Notes: a model not told the origin generated them from the letters alone. A stretch of DNA of 64,000 nt from Octopus sinensis (GCF_006345805.1 NW_021833647.1:1-64000); one strand, 5' to 3'. Counted from the stretch's first letter, positions 12,865-26,827 are shown. Made by a program: numbers and translations.

Positions 12865-14399
12865 TATCGGTTAATTCCATAAGTTTTTCCTATTTTATAT
12901 GGATAGAATTAATGAAATTGACATTTTGATATTGTTTCATTTAAAGGCGTGGTCCGTTCAGCGGACGGTGACATTTAATAAATTTACATTTCCCCGCGTG
13001 CCTCATAAAGTTAAAACTTCTTTTTTCATGGACGTAACTCGATTTTCTAGATATTTTTTCGTATTGATTTCCTTTTTGCAAATAATTTTATTTTAAATCT
13101 TTTAAATTTTGTTGTCGGCCACTGTAGATGCCCCAAATTCCAATAACCGTATCTCCAATTAATTAATGTATTTGGCTGCTCTTTTTGATAAATCCGATTT
13201 CATCATGTCCAAAAGATGTTCTATACGTTAATGTTTCTTTGGTATAGCGATTAACTGGTTGCAATCAAACAATTTTTTTGCATTGATCGGTGTCAAAAAT
13301 AAAGAATTTCTCATTTTTTGAAACACTCTTTTTTCATCTTTCAAACACCGTTTTTTTTAGTTTCAGAAGAAAAATATTTACAATAAAGTAATTATTGTTG
13401 CAAATATTTCGGAACAAACTCGAGTTATCATTCTGAGTTTAAATAATTTAAATTTTCATTGGACACATAAAGCAGAGCGTATAAAATACATAAGCCTAGT
13501 CCGAAATATATACTTTTTAGGAGGAACAGTTCGTCATGTGCGTCCAGTAAAACAAGAAGATTTTTTCCTACAGAATTTCAATATTGGTGATCACAGCATT
13601 TATAGATCTTCCTTTCAAGTTATTTTAACGTCATGATGATGTGTCCATGCTCATTTATGATAAACCCCAAATCAGCTTGACTAGGGTTCAAATTAGTGAT
13701 CTCAAATTTTTCAGATTAATTTTGAGGCCAACTTTTTCAACGATTAAATCTTTCTTGCATATTCTATTCCTGAGGTTTGCTCCGGAGGTTGAACAAGTGT
13801 TTGTACGTATGTGCCTAAGATTTTGCATGTGCCAGCCACACAGTTTTGCAAGAACAAGAGAGAGAACGAGTATGCTAGTAAATCTAATTAATCCGGAATG
13901 AATGAAGGTGCTCATTCTTTTTAAATTCTTTTATTTTTATTCATTTGCGTTCGGCTGTTTCTTAGACTAAGATTTCAACACGTTCCATCCGAGATTCATC
14001 TAGTACTTAGAATCATGGCGGCGTCACTCGTCAAGATCGAGTTTCCAGTAGAGGCAACCTTTCAACTACGGCGGTGAATCACGTAACGATTATTTCAATG
14101 GATATTGAGGAAATTAATGAGCGACTGAGTGAGAAAGTAGCCACCAAGAGACATCAGTGAAACCTGTAGAGTACACAGGCGCTGTATTCCAGCCATGAGC
14201 CTGGCAGAAATTGGCGGATAAAAAGCCAAGGGAGATAGCTGGAATCGATATCAATTACATTTTTATTTGGATTTAAATATTTTGGTAGGATTAAGTGGCG
14301 AATTATAGTCTTTTTATTTGAATTTTTTTCCTCTGGATCAGAAATTTGTTCGAGACTTTATTTTTATGTAATGCATGAGAACTAATGATATTTAAAATT

Positions 14400-14740
14400 G
14401 TGTTTTAATTAAAATATAGTTCATTTTTAATTACATTTTGTTTAATTATTTAATTTTCAATGACAAAACTAATGAATTAAGCCACGTGTGACTACGCTGT
14501 TGATCCATTATGTAGCTCTGTTGTCTTTATTTGGTTTACCTTTATTTATATATTTAATTGGATTCAAAGGAATATTTCGGGATGTAGTTTCTTTTAATGG
14601 TTAAATTATTTGAAATTTCAACATTTTTGTGCTATTTTCCGATTTTATTTCTTTAATCGTTTTTTTACTTATTTTGAACTTTTTAAAACACAATTATTTT
14701 CATTTTTATTCATTCAGTTTTCTCTGATTTTTAAAAAATG
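14400..14740 (-). repeat. Unclassified interspersed element, copy C
   Basis: AAGCCACGTG (CACGTG at 14483-14488) ... TTTTCCGATTTTATT (CCG at 14639-14641). Confidence 0.8.
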
Positions 14741-14949
14741 AATTGCCAGTTTATTGAGATAATTCATTCTTTTAATATAAATCATCCCATTCGATAATAT
14801 TTCAAATTTTTTTCATAACTTACAATTTAAAATGTAAATTGATGCTAATCCGACCGTTGTCTACTGGAGGTTAATCTCCTTTTTTAGAGGAGGAAGTAAC
14901 CAACATCACTCCTTGATCCTCTGTCTCCAAGTTAGATCTTGGCCAGAAT

Positions 14950-15090
14950 TCGTTGAAATCCGTGCAAGAGTTAACAAACTCACGTAGAGCGTGGACCTCG
15001 GCCTCGGCGCCTCCTCGGATACCAACTTCGAGCTGTGTTGGTACGAAGTACGGTAGAAATGCCCCAAAACCTGCCTTGGAAACCTGCCTT
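14950..15090 (-). mobile_element. CRE RT fragment
   Basis: PTQLEVGIRGGAEAEVHALREF matches PVQLGVAVKNGCEGAAHAMR of the 22754 element. Confidence 0.7.
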
Positions 15091-15569
15091 TAAATCCTTT
15101 TCAAAGGAAATGGCCTCTTTGTTTGTTTGCAGTTTCACTTTGCTTCTCTTTAATAACTTTGGGTACCATAACTTTGGATCTTTTTCGAGCAGTTTGTTTA
15201 GTTCTTGCCATTAGATTTGTGTAAAACTCAAACCCCAGCCCCAACTACCCAGCTGTCAAAACCTGCATCTAAAGACCCGAACCACCACTCGCCCTTCGGC
15301 GGGGAAACCCTGTGCATCTGTTCTTACTCTGTCGCTAACCTTATATAAAAGCCTACAGTGCTTGACGATATCTGAAGTGACCACCTATCAATGGAGATGA
15401 AAATTCACACTAGTATTGTTAAACAAAAACGCATATCCACACACTACAGTCTCTCAAGGATAACTGGCCATACTATAGGAGCTTCATGCAAGGTAACGGT
15501 CGTCCTGTTGGCTACGATGAGTAAGTTAAGCAATTTCATGCTTCACTATCTAACATCGTACGGAGCATT

Positions 15570-16070
15570 GCCGATGCGGCTGTTTAAGGAAGTCTCCGAG
15601 GACTTACATGTGTTCCTTGCGGATCTGTTTACGGCAAGTCTCAAGTGGGGCCGCGTCCGGATGATCAAAAAGCCTGCGAAGCCTGTGAATCTCGCTAGCA
15701 GCTACCGTCCCATAAGCCTAATCCCAACTATCTCAAGGCTGATGGAAAAAATCATGAACAAGCGCCTCGAATTCCACGCTGAAGAGAAGAAAATACTGCT
15801 TCCGCAGCAATGGGGTTTTCTCTCTTGGTGTAGCTGCAGTGACGGTTTCATAACGGTACAGTCCACCATTTCGAGAGCAATGGAGTTCAAAGAAACTATC
15901 TTTTGTATGTCTGGACATCTCGAAGGCTTTCGACACCGTCTGGCACAGAGACCTACTGGGAAGGATCCATCTCTGTGAGCCTACAGTGGAAGTCTATCTC
16001 TGGCTACGCTGCTTCCTCTCAAATTGTTACTCTTTTATCTCTGAGTCGGGCTTCTTCTCAAGATATATTT
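15570..16070 (+). mobile_element. APE-type LINE RT fragment, same family as 4200-5790
   Basis: PMRLFKE..YRPISLIPTISRLMEK..QQWGF; nucleotide sequence is near-identical to the 5070-5580 reverse complement. Confidence 0.85.
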
Positions 16071-16472
16071 TTTGAAAATTTCTTGAATAATCATTTGATA
16101 TCTGAATTTTATACATTTTTTTAATTACACATTTAAAGTAAGTGAATTAACTAACTAGGGCTAAAAGGTTTTTTCAAAGAGATAAAGGGTCTGCACTTTG
16201 ACGCCGCGCTGCGTATTGAATGGCAGGTTCCGCGAAGCTCAGTGACCGAGAATCGTTGAAAAACCCAACTTGTCTCCCTCCAATCGTTTGTTTTCGATCC
16301 CAGAAATTTCGAACGATCTTGAAGGTGTTAGAAATGTCTGTATTTTATTTGTTTGTTCCTACGGGGATCTTGCAAGGTGATTACCCATTGTTCCAAATTA
16401 TTCGTCTAGTAAGTAGACTATACTTGTTATTTAGGGACTACCACAGATAAATTGGCGTTTAAAATTCGACTA

Positions 16473-18200
16473 CAGTCCGACCCCAAAATGGGCAGACCCC
16501 AGGGGTGGGGCACCCTGGATTTGGGGCACCCCCGCAATTTGGGGCACTTTATTCCAAAAGTACATTTTGGCAGAAAAAATAAAAATCGATAAAAAATTAT
16601 GGAATTTTTGGGGCACCATAAAATCATTTATAAGGAATTAAAAATAAAATAAAATTATAATAAATTAATTTTTTTTGTTTTATTTTCAATTATATTTTTA
16701 TTGTTGTGGTTATGGATTACGAAACTAAATTGAAGATTGCTAAAGAAATTTTGAAGAAAATTTATCTGAGAGGCAACTAATGAAAAAGTACAACACAAGT
16801 AAAGGAACAATATCAAGAATAAAACGAATATTGTACCTTTCTTGCAACACGGCAATACTATTTCTGAGGAATATGACACATTTAAAGCCGATAAAGATAA
16901 ATTTGATGATCAAGTCTTTGAAATATTTCAAAGACTACGCGTAGATAAAATTCCGATTTCAGGCCCTATTTTGAAAAAAATTGCCTTAGTTACAGCTTCA
17001 AAAATGGATTTACTTCTTTAAAGCTTCCAATGGGTGGCTTGATAGATTTAAATTGCGGCATGAACTTCAATTCAAGTCAATATGTGGTGAAAAAGCTTCA
17101 TGTGATTTATCTTATGTGAAAAATTATTTTGAAAAATTGACCAGAAAGTATTAAATATGGACCTGAGAATATATTTAATTGTGATGAAACTGCGCTTTTT
17201 ATAAAAAGAACTCCTCAAAAATCATTTGTTGAACAAGGCGAACCGTGTTTTGGTTATAAACAAGGGAAGAAAGACTCACTGTTCTTCTATGCTGCAGTTT
17301 AATCGGGGAAAAACTTAATCCATTGATTATTGGAAAATATAAAAACCTCGGTGTCTAAAAAATTTTGATGTTCAAGATTTTGGGTTATTGTATTCATCTT
17401 CTCAAAATGCATGGATGACTGGAAAGACTTTTATGAGTTGGCTTACACTTATAAATGAATCGTTTTGCAAAAACAACAGAAAAATATTATTAATACTTGA
17501 CAATGCGGGATGCCATAAAACTGCCGAATGTTCGAACATCGAATTTTTATTTTTGCCGAAAAATACAACGCCCTATTTACAACCTTTGGATATGGGAATA
17601 ATCAAGATTTTTAAAGATTATTATTCCTCTTTCTTAATGGAATTTTTTATGTTTTCAAGATTTCGAAAACGATTTTACACATTCTATTGGTAAATTAAAT
17701 TTGCGTCAGGTTATGATGCTAATTTCAGAAGGATGGGAGAAAATAGATGCTAAAAGTATTGTTAATTGTTGGAAGAAAAATCGACAGGAACCGTGATTCT
17801 TATGCAACAAAAAACTGTCTAACAGATGAACATTTAGATCAAGTTGTTAACGAAACAATTGATGGAGAATGCGAAGACATGAACAATAATGTTTATGATA
17901 CATATTCAGAAACCGAAAATAGTGAAAATGTCGTAGCAAAAACAAAAGATCTGCTTAACAATTTAGAAGAAAAAATTTCTAATGTTGCACCAAGTATGCT
18001 CCGAGATTTTTTTGATTTTCGGCTGAAATTGACGAACAATATCAGACAAAACTCTACAAATAAAAAGAAAATAACTGAATATTTTAGTAAAAATGTTTTT
18101 TGATGTTTAATGGTTTAATTTTTAAAAAAATAACACCCCCTGTTTTTTGGGGCACCCCCGCATTTTGGGGCACTTGGTGCCCCATTTGGGGGTCGGACTG
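16473..18200 (+). mobile_element. Full-length Tigger/pogo DNA transposon, frameshifted transposase (~16711-18103)
   Basis: TIRs CAGTCCGACCCC/GGGGTCGGACTG with TA TSD; CENP-B HTH (ASNGWLDRFKLRH); DDE_1 motifs NCDET, LDNA, QPLDMG. Confidence 0.92.
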
Positions 18201-18789
18201 TATTTCCTTTTCCAGCTCGATAAAACCTACGTTCGAAATTTTTTTCAGTTCATGCAAAAATCACTTTCTTGTGACTCAAAAACTACATCTTAGCATATAT
18301 CGAGCAGGATCGAAATTTTAAATTTCAAATATTGCATTTTTAATTTCAGAAAAACAAACGATCAATAAAGATCTAAATGTTTGTATTCCGACAAATTGTA
18401 TATTTCTCGAAGTTATATACTGATCATATTTCGATTTAGCATCCGCAAATATTAAATTTAGACGATTAAATAAATCAGTTGTATCTGTTTAAATAGTTTA
18501 AATAAGATTTCAATATTCGAAAAAAATTTTATTTTTTTAACGATTGGAAAATTCAATTTGTATTCTTTAAAATCTAATTTGGTTGGCAGTTGATAATAGT
18601 TCACAATATTTTTCGGATTTTTTGTAAAGTCTTTTGCATACATAATTCTCAACAGTATCAAGTTTTGTTTTTTCATAAAGAATTTAAACAAATCAAAAAT
18701 CTTTGTTAAGCGTTAACTGTTTTTCTTAAATATAAGATGTACTTCAATAACACCAGCCACATCTTCGTACAGGTATTTGTAGCATCGAC

Positions 18790-20140
18790 AAGAATGAATG
18801 AATGATTTTTTTATTAAAACGGAAAAGCCGAAAAAAGAGAGAGAAAGTTAATGAGACAACGTATGCCTCTTCTCCGTTGTTTCCCTCTTTTTTTTATTTA
18901 ATTCGAGATTCGAAAGGAAAAGGCTCTCTCAAGAACACTTCCAACCGTTTCCGTCGCGTCTTCCATCTCTTGAGGGATGGGTTGGTCCAGCTGGAGTTCA
19001 TTTGCCAATTTGATGGCATATCGTCTCGTCTTTTCGAGCTTAGCGATAATGCCATCTCTCTCAGCAGTAGGGTACCATCCCTCGAACCCGTAGGTAAGCA
19101 ATGGTTCGACGCACGTTTTATAAACATATAAAAATGTTTCCGGGCAAAGGTGGAAGTGAATTATGGTTTTGAGAATTTGAGCGCATTTCCTTCTCCTCGA
19201 GTCGATGTATCTGAAGTAAGAACCCTTGGATCCAACTTCAACCCCAAGGTATTTCAGGTTCTCCGTTACTGTAAACCCATAGAGGTTTCTCGGCGGTTTT
19301 CGTTTAGCTCCCTGTTTTGCAATCTAAGTGGCGGTGCACTTTTCTTTTGCGAGCTTCAGTCCTTTTGATATATACCACTCTTCCACTCTTGTCACGTATC
19401 CTTTTAATTTCTTTCACGAGAAGTCTTTTCTCCACGAAGCATCCGTTATTAGTATGTCGTCCGCGTAGATCATGAGACGACTGGTAGGATCTTTCGGTTT
19501 TTGAATATCACCAACGTAAATATTAAAAAGCAGAGGGCTCAAGACCGAGCCTTGAGGTACCCCTCTTTTGAGATCGACAGATTCCCACAAACGGTTTCCG
19601 CATCGTATGTATGACCTCCTCATTGATAAGTAGCTCTTCAGCCAATTGACCGTTCTAAACCCGGGTTTGATCTTGGCGACACTTTCCAAGAGGCCCAGGT
19701 GCCATACGCTGTCAAAAGCTTTTGAGACATCGAGGCAGATAGCAATAGTCGCTGTATTGTTAGCAAGACTAAGCGAGATGACTTTCTCGAGTTCTCCGAA
19801 ACAATCTCCACAGGATCTTTTTTGTCGGAATTCCTACTGCTCTACTGCAAGTGCACCTGATTCCTCTAAGAAGTTCGAAAATCTTGTGAAGACAATCCGT
19901 TCCATAGTTTTAGAGACGGAGCATATTAGGCTTATCGGCCTATAGTTCTCTGCATGGTTTTTCATTTTTCCAGGCTTGGAATCATACGTACGATTGACTT
20001 TTTCCAAGAGTCAGGTACGCATCCAAGTCTCCAGCTTGCATTGTATAGTGCGGTCAAGTATCGTAGGAGAATATTTGGAGCATGTTTGAATACAGTAATT
20101 GGAATGTAGTCATGGCCGGGTGCATTGTTCTTGCAGCTCA
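18790..20140 (-). mobile_element. APE-type LINE RT and 3' end with (ATTC)n tail
   Basis: CLDVSKAFDSV, GVPQGSVLSPLLF and YADD motifs. The 3' end recurs as a ~65-bp stub at 46262-46325. Confidence 0.85.
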
Positions 20141-20519
20141 TAGAAGTTTAATCCAAGATTATCATCACAAATTCTGCCACTTATCAAAAAACGGGATGCC
20201 CTGAAGAAAATCAAGTCCAATGACTCATATCATACTATACGTTCGTTGAATATTAAAATTTCTGAACTGATCCGGACTAATAACGGACTCAAGTGGAGTC
20301 GCCTCGTTGGAAGATTATGTCACAGAAATTCCTGTGCCACCTTCTGGAAAACGCTAAGAAGGATCAATTGCCTTATCGGTGAACAGGACGGAGGAACTGA
20401 GGTCGTTGCCCACAATTCCTCGGAACCCGCTCGCAAACAAGATTATGAAGTACTACGTATTGATCATAAAGATTTCTCTGCACTCCACATATTGAACGGC
20501 TCGGACCGCGACTAGAACC

Positions 20520-21295
20520 GCATTCCAACTTCTTCACACCAGATAATGTTGACAAGGCTATTAAATTTCTACGTCTCACCCGTGCTTGTGGCCCCGACGG
20601 GATTTGTGCTGTTCACCTCAAACACCTGGGACCCCGGGCACGGACCGTACTATCAAGAGTCTTGATCTTGATTCAAGACTATATAACGACTCCATCAACT
20701 TACGTACGATACCTAATATATGGAAAAACTCCCTAATTACGCCAATTTTAAAGCCTGGGAAACCAAAGGATGTTCCTTCTTCATACCGCCCGGTCTCAAT
20801 AACTTGTGTTTTATCGAAAGTATTGGAAAAGCTTATATTAACGCGAATCTCTCCTGTTCTACAATTGTCAGAATTTCAGCACGGTTTTAGACCAGATCGT
20901 TCTACAACGACCCATTTGTGTTCTGTCTCCCAGTTTATTACTGACGGTTTCAAGAGAAATTTTACAACTTGATTACTGGAAAAATTACCCGCAAATTAAA
21001 ATTAAGGATATTTATAAACAATTGTTTTAAACAATGTTAATTTTACGTTAAAATTACAAAATTCGATGGCTAACAAAAGTAACATACTCACATGGTCCCG
21101 ACGGCATTCCTATAATTCTCCTGAAAAACATAGGGAATCAGTGTTCTCACAAAAATTTACAATTGGTCGATTAACTACAACTCAATCCCAACGATTTGGA
21201 AATTGGCGAACATCCGCCCAATTTTGAAGAGTGGAAAACCAAAACAAGACCCGGCCTCCTTCAGGCCAATTTCCCTATTATGTTCCACTGCAAAA
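20520..21295 (+). mobile_element. Two APE-type LINE RT fragments
   Basis: KPGKPKDVPSSYRPVSIT..QHGFRPDRST and KSGKPKQDPASFRPISLL. Confidence 0.8.
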
Positions 21296-21959
21296 GAATT
21301 TGTTTGTTGCTCCTTGGCTCTTAATTGTTCCAAAGATATAACCGATACAGAACAACTAGTTGTTTTTGTTAGAGGGGTTTTACCGAATTTTACTATTTAT
21401 GAAGAATTTCTGTCATTATCGTCACTCCACCTCTCTGCAAAAGGAATAGACATATTTCAAGCACTTTGTCGAGCTCTTGAAGAAGCAAGTCTTGATCCTT
21501 CGAAATTGATTTCTGTGTTTACAGATTTCTGTGTCTACAAATGGATATAGAACTGGCGGCATTGTTCAAAAATGCGCCCATTATTAATTTTTACGAATTA
21601 CTTCCTCGTGACAAATTTAAAAATATAACACAAAATGCATATATGAACATCTCAATGTTTGGATCTACATATCTATGCGAATCAATATTTAGTAAAATGA
21701 TTCGCATAAAAAATAAATATCGTAACAAACTCACCGATAATCACTTGAGTCAGCTTTTACGAACTTCTTCGAGTTTACTTATTCCGGATTTCAAAAACTT
21801 AATAAATAAATAATATTTTCTTTTTAGTTACAACGCCTTTTTTAGATACTTTCTTTTTAGTTACGGCTTGGAAAATATAAAAATATTTTTTGTGCGGCCC
21901 GCGAAGCTAATCTTAATTATCGATTTGGCCCTTGAGCTAAAAAGGTTGAGAACCCCTGC
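21295..21959 (+). mobile_element. Internally deleted hAT (GTF2IRD2-like) fragment with right TIR
   Basis: DITDTEQLVVFVRG, FGSTYLCESIFSKM; terminus AAAAGGTTGAGAACCCCTG. Confidence 0.8.
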
Positions 21960-22728
21960 TCTAACAGAAGATGAGGAGCTTTGTCAACTTCGATATAACC
22001 GCACATTAAAAATTAAATTTACTGAAATGACGACAGATAAGTTCTGGATTTTGATAAAAGATTCTTATCCTTCAATTTTTAAAAAAGCAATAAAAATATT
22101 GCTTCAGTTCTCAACATCATATAAGTGTGAACAAGCTTTCTCTTGTCTCGTCGACATTAAATCAAAAAACAGAAACAGGTTGTTATCAGTTGAAGATGAC
22201 CTCCGCGTATGTTTGTCGCAAATTCGTCCCCGTCTGGAAATTTGTTTGCACATAAACAAGCACTTTGGTAATTTTTTGTTAAGTTTCTTGGATATATTAA
22301 TTAAAAAGAAGGTGTCGGTGCAGGCGCAGTCCCAAACAAGGCACTTCCCGTTGGTGTACGGGAAAATTAAAAAATTAAAATATTCAGAGCTCAAGGACAG
22401 GTTCATAGTGCAACCGATTATTGTGGAGTCATCTGGAGTCTTCGGTCAGGAATCAATCTCTTTCATTAGGAAACTTGGATCCCTGATCTCGGTTCAGACG
22501 AAAGATAGAAGGGAGACCGAATGGCTGTTTCAACGCCTTTCAACAACCGTTGTCAGGGGTAATAGCCACGCTATCCTTTCTGCTCTTAAGCAACCTTAAT
22601 TAACTTATATTTTCTTTTGTTAATACCATTAATTAAAAAAACATTTCTGATGAATATTGATTTTTAAGTGCCAGGAGAAAAAAACCTAGTTTTAGGTACC
22701 GCGAGCACAAAAAGGTTGAGAAACGCTG
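21960..22728 (+). mobile_element. hAT (ZBED5-like) 3' end with a CRE insertion in its 3' region
   Basis: LQFSTSYKCEQAFS..KNRNRLLSVEDDLRVCLS; terminus AAAAGGTTGAGAAACGCTG. Confidence 0.8.
22308..22627 (+). mobile_element. Short CRE insertion with 5' inversion and TSD
   Basis: Inverted FPYTNGKCLVWDCACTDTF followed by forward KYSEL..VESSG..VRGN*; TSD ATTAATTAAAAA at 22296-22307 and 22628-22639. Confidence 0.8.
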
Positions 22729-22753
22729 GGTTAGACTATAAAAAAATAATTAT

Positions 22754-25635
22754 ATGAACAAACAAGAAAAATGCTTTGACTGTCAGAGAGATGTGCACCT
22801 ATCTTGTGCCGGCTTAACAAAGATGTCATCTGCAGCCCTCGCAATCTGGAAATGTCCAGCGTGTCTCAGTGCTTGTCCCCTAAAGCCAGCACCCCTTCAA
22901 AATCCCCCACTCCCGTCTCGTCCGGTTGTTTGTGACATCCCCTTCGAAGATTTGTTATCCTCTGTTGCCGGTCTGCGCCGCGCACGGAAGATATGCATAA
23001 AAATTCCGAAAGCAGCTCGGATTGCCGTCGCCGACTCGCTCACGAAGACCATTGTAAACGCCCTCGATTCTGACCAGCCTGCTGATTGGCTGAAATTATT
23101 TTGCTTTGGTCCCATGGCAATTGGCACACCCTACAGGGAACCTAATTCGAAGCAGCGCGGTTCACTGACTTCGCAATTAAAGGAAAATTTGACTCTCTTC
23201 GACAAAAATCCATTCACGGTCCTTCCTACTCCCCCCGCTGAATTTGAGACCCCTTTAACGAATAAACCTGAACGCACAAACCTTCGTAATAAAGTCCACG
23301 CCAAGCTTATGGAAAACGATGTTAAAGCTGCTGTTCGCCTTGTGGCTTCCGATGACGTTGTTCTACCTCCGTCGGAAGAGCTTCTCGAGGCACTCAAACT
23401 TAAACATCCGGCTGCCCCCACCGACCTCCGTGCTTTGCCAGTCCTCTCTGGAACCCCTACACATTCCTTTACGCCCTCGGAGATCTTAAGCTGCATCGCG
23501 AGTTTCCCCCTCAGCAGCAGTGGTGGCGTGGACGGTCTTCGTCCTGGCCACCTACGTGACCTGACGTCCCCGGTTACAGGCGAGGCAAGAACCCGCCTGG
23601 TGAAGGCAATTACTGCTCTTTGCAATCGGTTCTTCTCCGGCGACCTTATCCCGTATGCACGTGACTTATTCTTCTCTGCCAATCTCACTGCCTTAAGGAA
23701 GACCGATGGTGGAGTTCGCCCCATCGCTGTCGGAAATGTCTTCAGGAGGCTGGCTGCTAAGCTTGCTTGCAGGCTCGTCTCTACTGATCTTGGCGCATTT
23801 TTCGGACCTGTTCAACTTGGAGTTGCTGTCAAGAATGGATGTGAAGGCGCCGCCCACGCAATGAGATGTTATATCGCCAATGCGTCAGCCGATTCTCGCC
23901 ATGACAGGGCACTTCTCAAACTTGACATCAAGAACGCATTTAACTGCATCCGCCGGGATCACTTCCTGTCAGTTTGCTTCGACCAGTTCCCCGTTTTGTA
24001 TCCCCTGGCGCTATTGTCATATGGAAGACCTAGCTCTCTAGTATTCGGTTCGGATATTATTCCTTCAAGTACGGGAGTTCAACAGGGCGATCCACTAGGT
24101 CCCCTTCTCTTTGCCTTGGAATAAATGGAATAGCTCGGTCGGTTTCTTCCGAACTGAATATTTGGTATCTGGACGATGCCACTATTGGCGGCTCCCCAGA
24201 GACGATTTTAAGAGACGCTTTGTCGTTGGCACCTGCACTTCTGAGGATTGGATTGGAGATTAACCCCACCAAATCCGAATTAGTCGGTGTCAACATTCCT
24301 GATAAACGCCTTGACGACCTTTCATCGTCCCTCCGCACTGGTCTTGGCCAAGTGCGCGCGACTGACGTAAATGATCTCCGGATCCTTGGATCCCCCATCC
24401 TGCCGACTGCTATTAAGACTGATCTTCTTACCAAACATTCCACGTTAACTATTTTGCTGGACCGCCTCACGTTTTTGGACAGCCACGTCGGCCTGTTTCT
24501 TGCGAAAAACTTTTTCGCCCTGCCTAAATTACTCTACTCCCTCAGAAGTGCACCTTGTTACCTACATGAGGACATTCTCACTGATCTCGGCGACTCCCTT
24601 CGTTCGAAGATCGAATCAATATGCAATGTCGAGTTCGACTCTTTGGGGTGGAGTCAAGCTTCACTCCCCGTACGCCACGGAGGCCTTGGAATTCGGTGTC
24701 CGAATGATGTTGCACTGCCTGCCTACCTGTCGTCACTTTCTTCATGCCAGAAACTCATGGGCACGGTTCTTCCAACCGATTTTGAACATTACGTGCCCTC
24801 TGAGTTATCATCGGCGGTCGTAAAGTGGCACTCGCTAGGACTGGAAATCCCAGAGGATCAGCATAAGCAATTTGTTTGGGACGAAGTCCGCCTACAATCC
24901 CGAATCCAATCTTTACGTACATCTTTCGACCAACACCGCTTGGCCTGCTTTGAGACGGCATGTCGCCCTCACAGCGGAGCCTGGCTAAATGCCACTCCAC
25001 TGCCGAGCATTGGGAACCTTCTGGACTGCGAGTCCGTACGCACTGGAATCTGTTTACGTCTCGGTCTTCGCCTATGCGAGCCACATGTCTGCCGCTGTGG
25101 CGCGAAAATCTGTCGCTTTGGATTGCACGCTCTATCGTGTAGACGCAGTGCTGGCCGCATCCCGCGTCACGCCGCTCTTAACGACCTTATCAGGAGAGCC
25201 CTGGAAGTCGCCGGAATCCCCTCCCTGCTTGAACCCACTGGGATCGATCGGGGGGACGGAAAAAGGCCTGACGGGATAACTGTGTTTCCTTTCAACAGGG
25301 GGAAGCCTCTCACCTGGGATGCCACGTGTGTGGACTCTTTCTCGCCTCAGAACCTGCTGATGTCGGCCTCGGCTCCTGGATCTATTGTCACAACCGCGGA
25401 ATGCAAAAAGATGCGGAAGTACTCCTCACTTACGGAGAAGTTCCAATTCCTTCCATTCGCGGTTGAGACTTCCGGTTCCTTGGGCAGTAAGGCAATCAGC
25501 TTCGTTCAGGAGATCGGATCCCGCATGTCTGCCATCACAGGCGACGCCCGCGAATCGAGATGGTTTTTCGAGCGGATATCCCTTGCGATAGTACGCTCTA
25601 ATTCTTTCTCGATCGCGTCGGCTTCCCGCACTTGA
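22754..25635 (+). mobile_element. Near full-length CRE-clade non-LTR retrotransposon: partial PHD finger, RT, CCHC and REL endonuclease; one frameshift at ~24119
   Basis: CFDCQRDVHLSC...WKCPAC; GGVRPIAVG, LDIKNAFN, GVQQGDPLGP, WYLDD; CRCG..HALSC; KRPDG..WDATC..VETSG. Confidence 0.93.
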
Positions 25636-26010
25636 GTTATAAAATGATTATTCAGAAAATTTTAAAAATTGCAAGAAAATTGAATAAAAGAAATAAAGAA
25701 AAAATATAAATTTTTTAGAAGATTCAAAATAAGTAAAGAAATGAATTAAGGAATAAAATCGGAAAATACACAAAAATAATGAATTTCAGATAATTCATTA
25801 AATGAAACTACATTTCAAATTATTCCTTTTAAATCCAATCAAATAAAAATAAAATTAAGGAGATTTATCAAAAAAATACCACAACGTGAAGCAACAGCGT
25901 GCTCACACGTGGCTTAATTATTATTATTATTAGGTTTGCCTTCATAAATTAAGATAATTAAGCAGATTATTCAGGAATTTATTATTAAATAAAATAATTT
26001 ACAAATAAAA
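25635..26010 (+). repeat. Unclassified interspersed element, copy D
   Basis: Starts GAGTTATAAAAT; AAGGAATAAAATCGGAAAAT (CGG at 25760); CACGTGGCTTAAT (25906). Confidence 0.8.
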
Positions 26011-26827
26011 TCAGTTTCAAAATTAATCATTTGTTATTTTGTTTCAATGTTCGTCCATTTACCGAGTTTAAGAATCCTAGTTATCTGTTTTAATAATATA
26101 GTAGTAAGAAAAACTATAAAAGCTTATAGAAAAATTTTGATGTGATATTGCTGCATATGGACAAATCAATACTCGACATTCCAGAAATTACGAACTATGT
26201 ATCCATAGACACTATAAGGCGAGCGAGAGAAAGACCCAGAGGAAGCGTATTTTCACATTAGTCAATGTTCCCTATTGAAGAGGGGTGTGTATGGTTTGCG
26301 AGAAAAAAATAAGATAAAAATCCTTAATGCACTAAGAAGTTTCATATTTAAATCCTAAATGTCTTTAATTTTTGTTTGGAGATGACATCTCGAGACAATT
26401 TGCGTATCCCCGCTGCATCGTGGATACTCCAGTTTAGAACCACTAAACTTTAATGGATGCGAACAAATGTCAATCTTACCGAGTCTTTTCGGTGGGTTAT
26501 ACACTGGAATAACTCTCCTTTATGTGAAGTGATGCTATGTTTGAGGAATGTGTGTTTTCTCAAACAAATGCAATACACATCACAATTAAAGAAAAGGTCG
26601 GATTCCTGTAAATATTTTATATCAATTTTCCATTCAGAAAATTACGTCGTTTCTCAGCATACAATACCTCTTAATAAAACAGACAAGAGAGAAGCAGTAG
26701 AGTGACGATAGGGATAGCTTTTGTGAACAGGACCAGAGAAATGTTTATTTCGAAATGCATTTCATGTACACTCGGGCAAAAAAAACAGACATTCAAGACT
26801 TATAAACCAATTTGCCTGGCAAGACAA

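Noticed and set aside
14480-14740. Unknown element as a mitochondrial (cox3-like) NUMT
   Set aside because: The hydrophobic translation reflects T-richness; TAA stops are conserved across copies in the candidate frames even with TGA=Trp.
24110-24130. Programmed frameshift or two-ORF structure in the CRE element
   Set aside because: The break falls inside the RT domain between GDPLGP and YLDD with no slippery site; a single-G loss (mutation or sequencing error) explains it.
23131-25160. Long antisense and alternate-frame ORFs over CRE and LINE copies
   Set aside because: Shadow ORFs of GC-richer retroelement coding sequence with no motifs.
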